Shown here: positions 62,322 through 64,000 of the stretch, in pieces
How the letters are laid out: each line of letters starts with the position of its first letter
Numbering within the stretch: position 1 is the stretch's first letter
NCBI RefSeq assembly: GCF_000143415.4
Contig: NW_003314354.1
Span: 410,575 to 474,574 of the forward strand
DNA: 64,000 bases
DNA from: Selaginella moellendorffii
Lineage: Eukaryota > Plantae > Lycopodiophyta
Reading direction: 5' to 3'
Notes under the pieces: generated by a model
The model's database searches: none
What the model was told of the DNA's origin: nothing
Seen by the model: the letters and a program-made list of their open reading frames with translations, nothing else
Translations under genes and position numbers: made by a program

Positions 62322-64000
62322 ATGGCGCCCGCGGCTACCACGGCGATCGCGTCGGCTTCCACCACAGATCGCCTCCTCCGCCGCCAGCTTCCAATGGTAT
62401 GCACTTCGATTTCTGGGGATTCTTAGCGAAATCTCAAGTTTTTAGCTGCCTTGTTGATGAGGATATTGCCGAGGCCTATACGTAGACAAATGTATATGTG
62501 TGGTGTGCCTTAGATTGTTTACTGAGGCGCTGGAAGAGCTACACCGGCTGTGTTTCTCTCCCTCTGGATCAAGGTGAGCGTTTGATTCGTCTATCTCTTT
62601 GATTCATAATTCTCAAAATTTGTGGTCGTTTTTTTTGTTTTTGCCAGTAAGCCACTTTGGCACATTGTGGCACATATGGTAACGTCTGTGCCCACTCCTG
62701 GACACAGCCAAGTGTTGTTTCCGCTGGAAAGCCGTGAAGAGCTATCTATCTGTGTATAGATATTGCTTGTTATTCCCTACTTCGCTGCTAGTGCTCCTAG
62801 GATTTGCTTGGAAGCAAGTTCCCGGGTGGAAAGAGGAGCAAAGAAAGCCACCGTGTGATCGAGGAAAGCTTCTGGAGGTAAGTTTTTTTTTTTTCTAATT
62901 TGCTCGGTTGCCTCCACAATTCTCCTAAGGTCCCATCTTCTGGAAAATTCGCCGCTCTCTGTCTTAAGGTGGCTATATTTCCTCTCTCACTCACGCTATA
63001 CACTTCGTCAAGGCGAAAGCACGGAGGCGTGAAGTGTTACAACAATGCTCTTTGCAACTCCTGCGTGTACAATATTGAATTTTCTGCCCTTGCGTAGTGG
63101 AACCCAAAGATGTGAAACACATCAATCCGGAGCAAGAAGAGGAAGAACGAAGTGGCAAAAATGTCCGTATCATTGATATAGAGGACAATGTCTTGCCAGA
63201 ATCTTCCGAGGCTGAAAAGTTTCAAGCGGCTTTAGCTTACTAGAATCTTGTTGTAGCGGAGCGCGGCCAACAACAATGTGCTTACGCTGCTTTTGTTTTT
63301 CAGCCCTTTTCGACTGTGGTTCGCCAGTCCGGCGGAAATCTTTTTTGCTGCGACCATTGTCCCCGCGTGTACTATCTCCATTGCCTGAGCCCCCTCAAGG
63401 TAAGGGAATGCTTAAAGACGGTGCGCTCTATCTATAAGTTGTGGCGTGGCGATGTATAGAAGAAGAATGGCAGAAGCGGTAACTGCGAAGAACCACTGAA
63501 ACTTCGAAACCACTGAAAAATCGCATAAGCTAAGCAGGGATTACATGATCAAAAGACTTCTCCATTCGTAAATTAATCCACTTGGCCAAAAACTAAGCCC
63601 TGCCTTTAAGAAGATGGCGGAAGAACCCTAGGTGAGAGTGAGCAATGGCACGCGTGTCGCTTGAGAATCTCTTGCCGGATCCCCGATTGTTTTCGGGGAT
63701 GAGAGCTGGATTAGCAAGCATCTCCCAGATCCATGGAAGAATCCCGCGGGCTTCCTTGGCGGATATCTGGAAGAGTTACTGGCATACAGGTAAATCCTTT
63801 TGTTGTGTCTGTTGCTTGCGCATTGCGAGTCGCTCAATTTGCAGTGGCGACTTCGACGGCAGGCGGCCAGGCGGGATCCTCTTCCTGTGCGCCAAATGCT
63901 ATTACGACATGTATGCTGCGCTAGACGAGAAGCTTGAACAGGTCGACGATGATCGAGAGAGCTACGCTCTCTACGGCGTGTTGCTCAATCGGGGATACCG
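62322..64000 (+). other. Unresolved multi-exon gene(s) or pseudogene running off the window
   Basis: A series of short GT-AG-bounded exon-like blocks (e.g. DLLGSKFPGGKRSKESHRVIEESFW; ...YLEELLAYS|GDFDG...YALYGVLLNRGY). I could not build a stop-free model. Confidence 0.3.

Overview
Plant nuclear DNA with very short introns (~40-70 bp) and tightly packed genes. This is most consistent with a lycophyte such as Selaginella (inference). The first 11.4 kb holds host genes: the MLH3 3' end, SKL2, an IDM2/IDM3-type alpha-crystallin protein, an alpha/beta hydrolase, an unannotated secreted 8-Cys peptide and an FRO. From 11.5 to 61 kb lies a nested transposon island. A MULE/SWIM element (~13915-35238) carries two zf-XS-like small genes. 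Its transposase is split by a 13.1-kb Sola-like DNA transposon (16764-29900; 24-bp perfect TIRs, 4-bp TSD), which in turn contains a 5S-bearing Cassandra TRIM. Next comes a tandemly duplicated Helitron remnant with a kissper-only kiwellin gene, into which a solo LTR and a non-coding LTR element have inserted. An AP2/ERF gene and poorly resolved exons close the window. The best candidate for a new system is the Sola-like element. It encodes a reconstructable ~1,600-1,700-aa spliced cargo protein (ParB/Srx-like domain, degenerate N4/N6-methyltransferase-like fold, acidic linker, FCP1/HAD phosphatase). It also carries about 20 copies of a 20-bp palindrome (TGGCRTGWGGCCWCAYGCCA), several of them inside the cargo gene's introns. 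All domain calls are by-eye motif recognition, not database searches.
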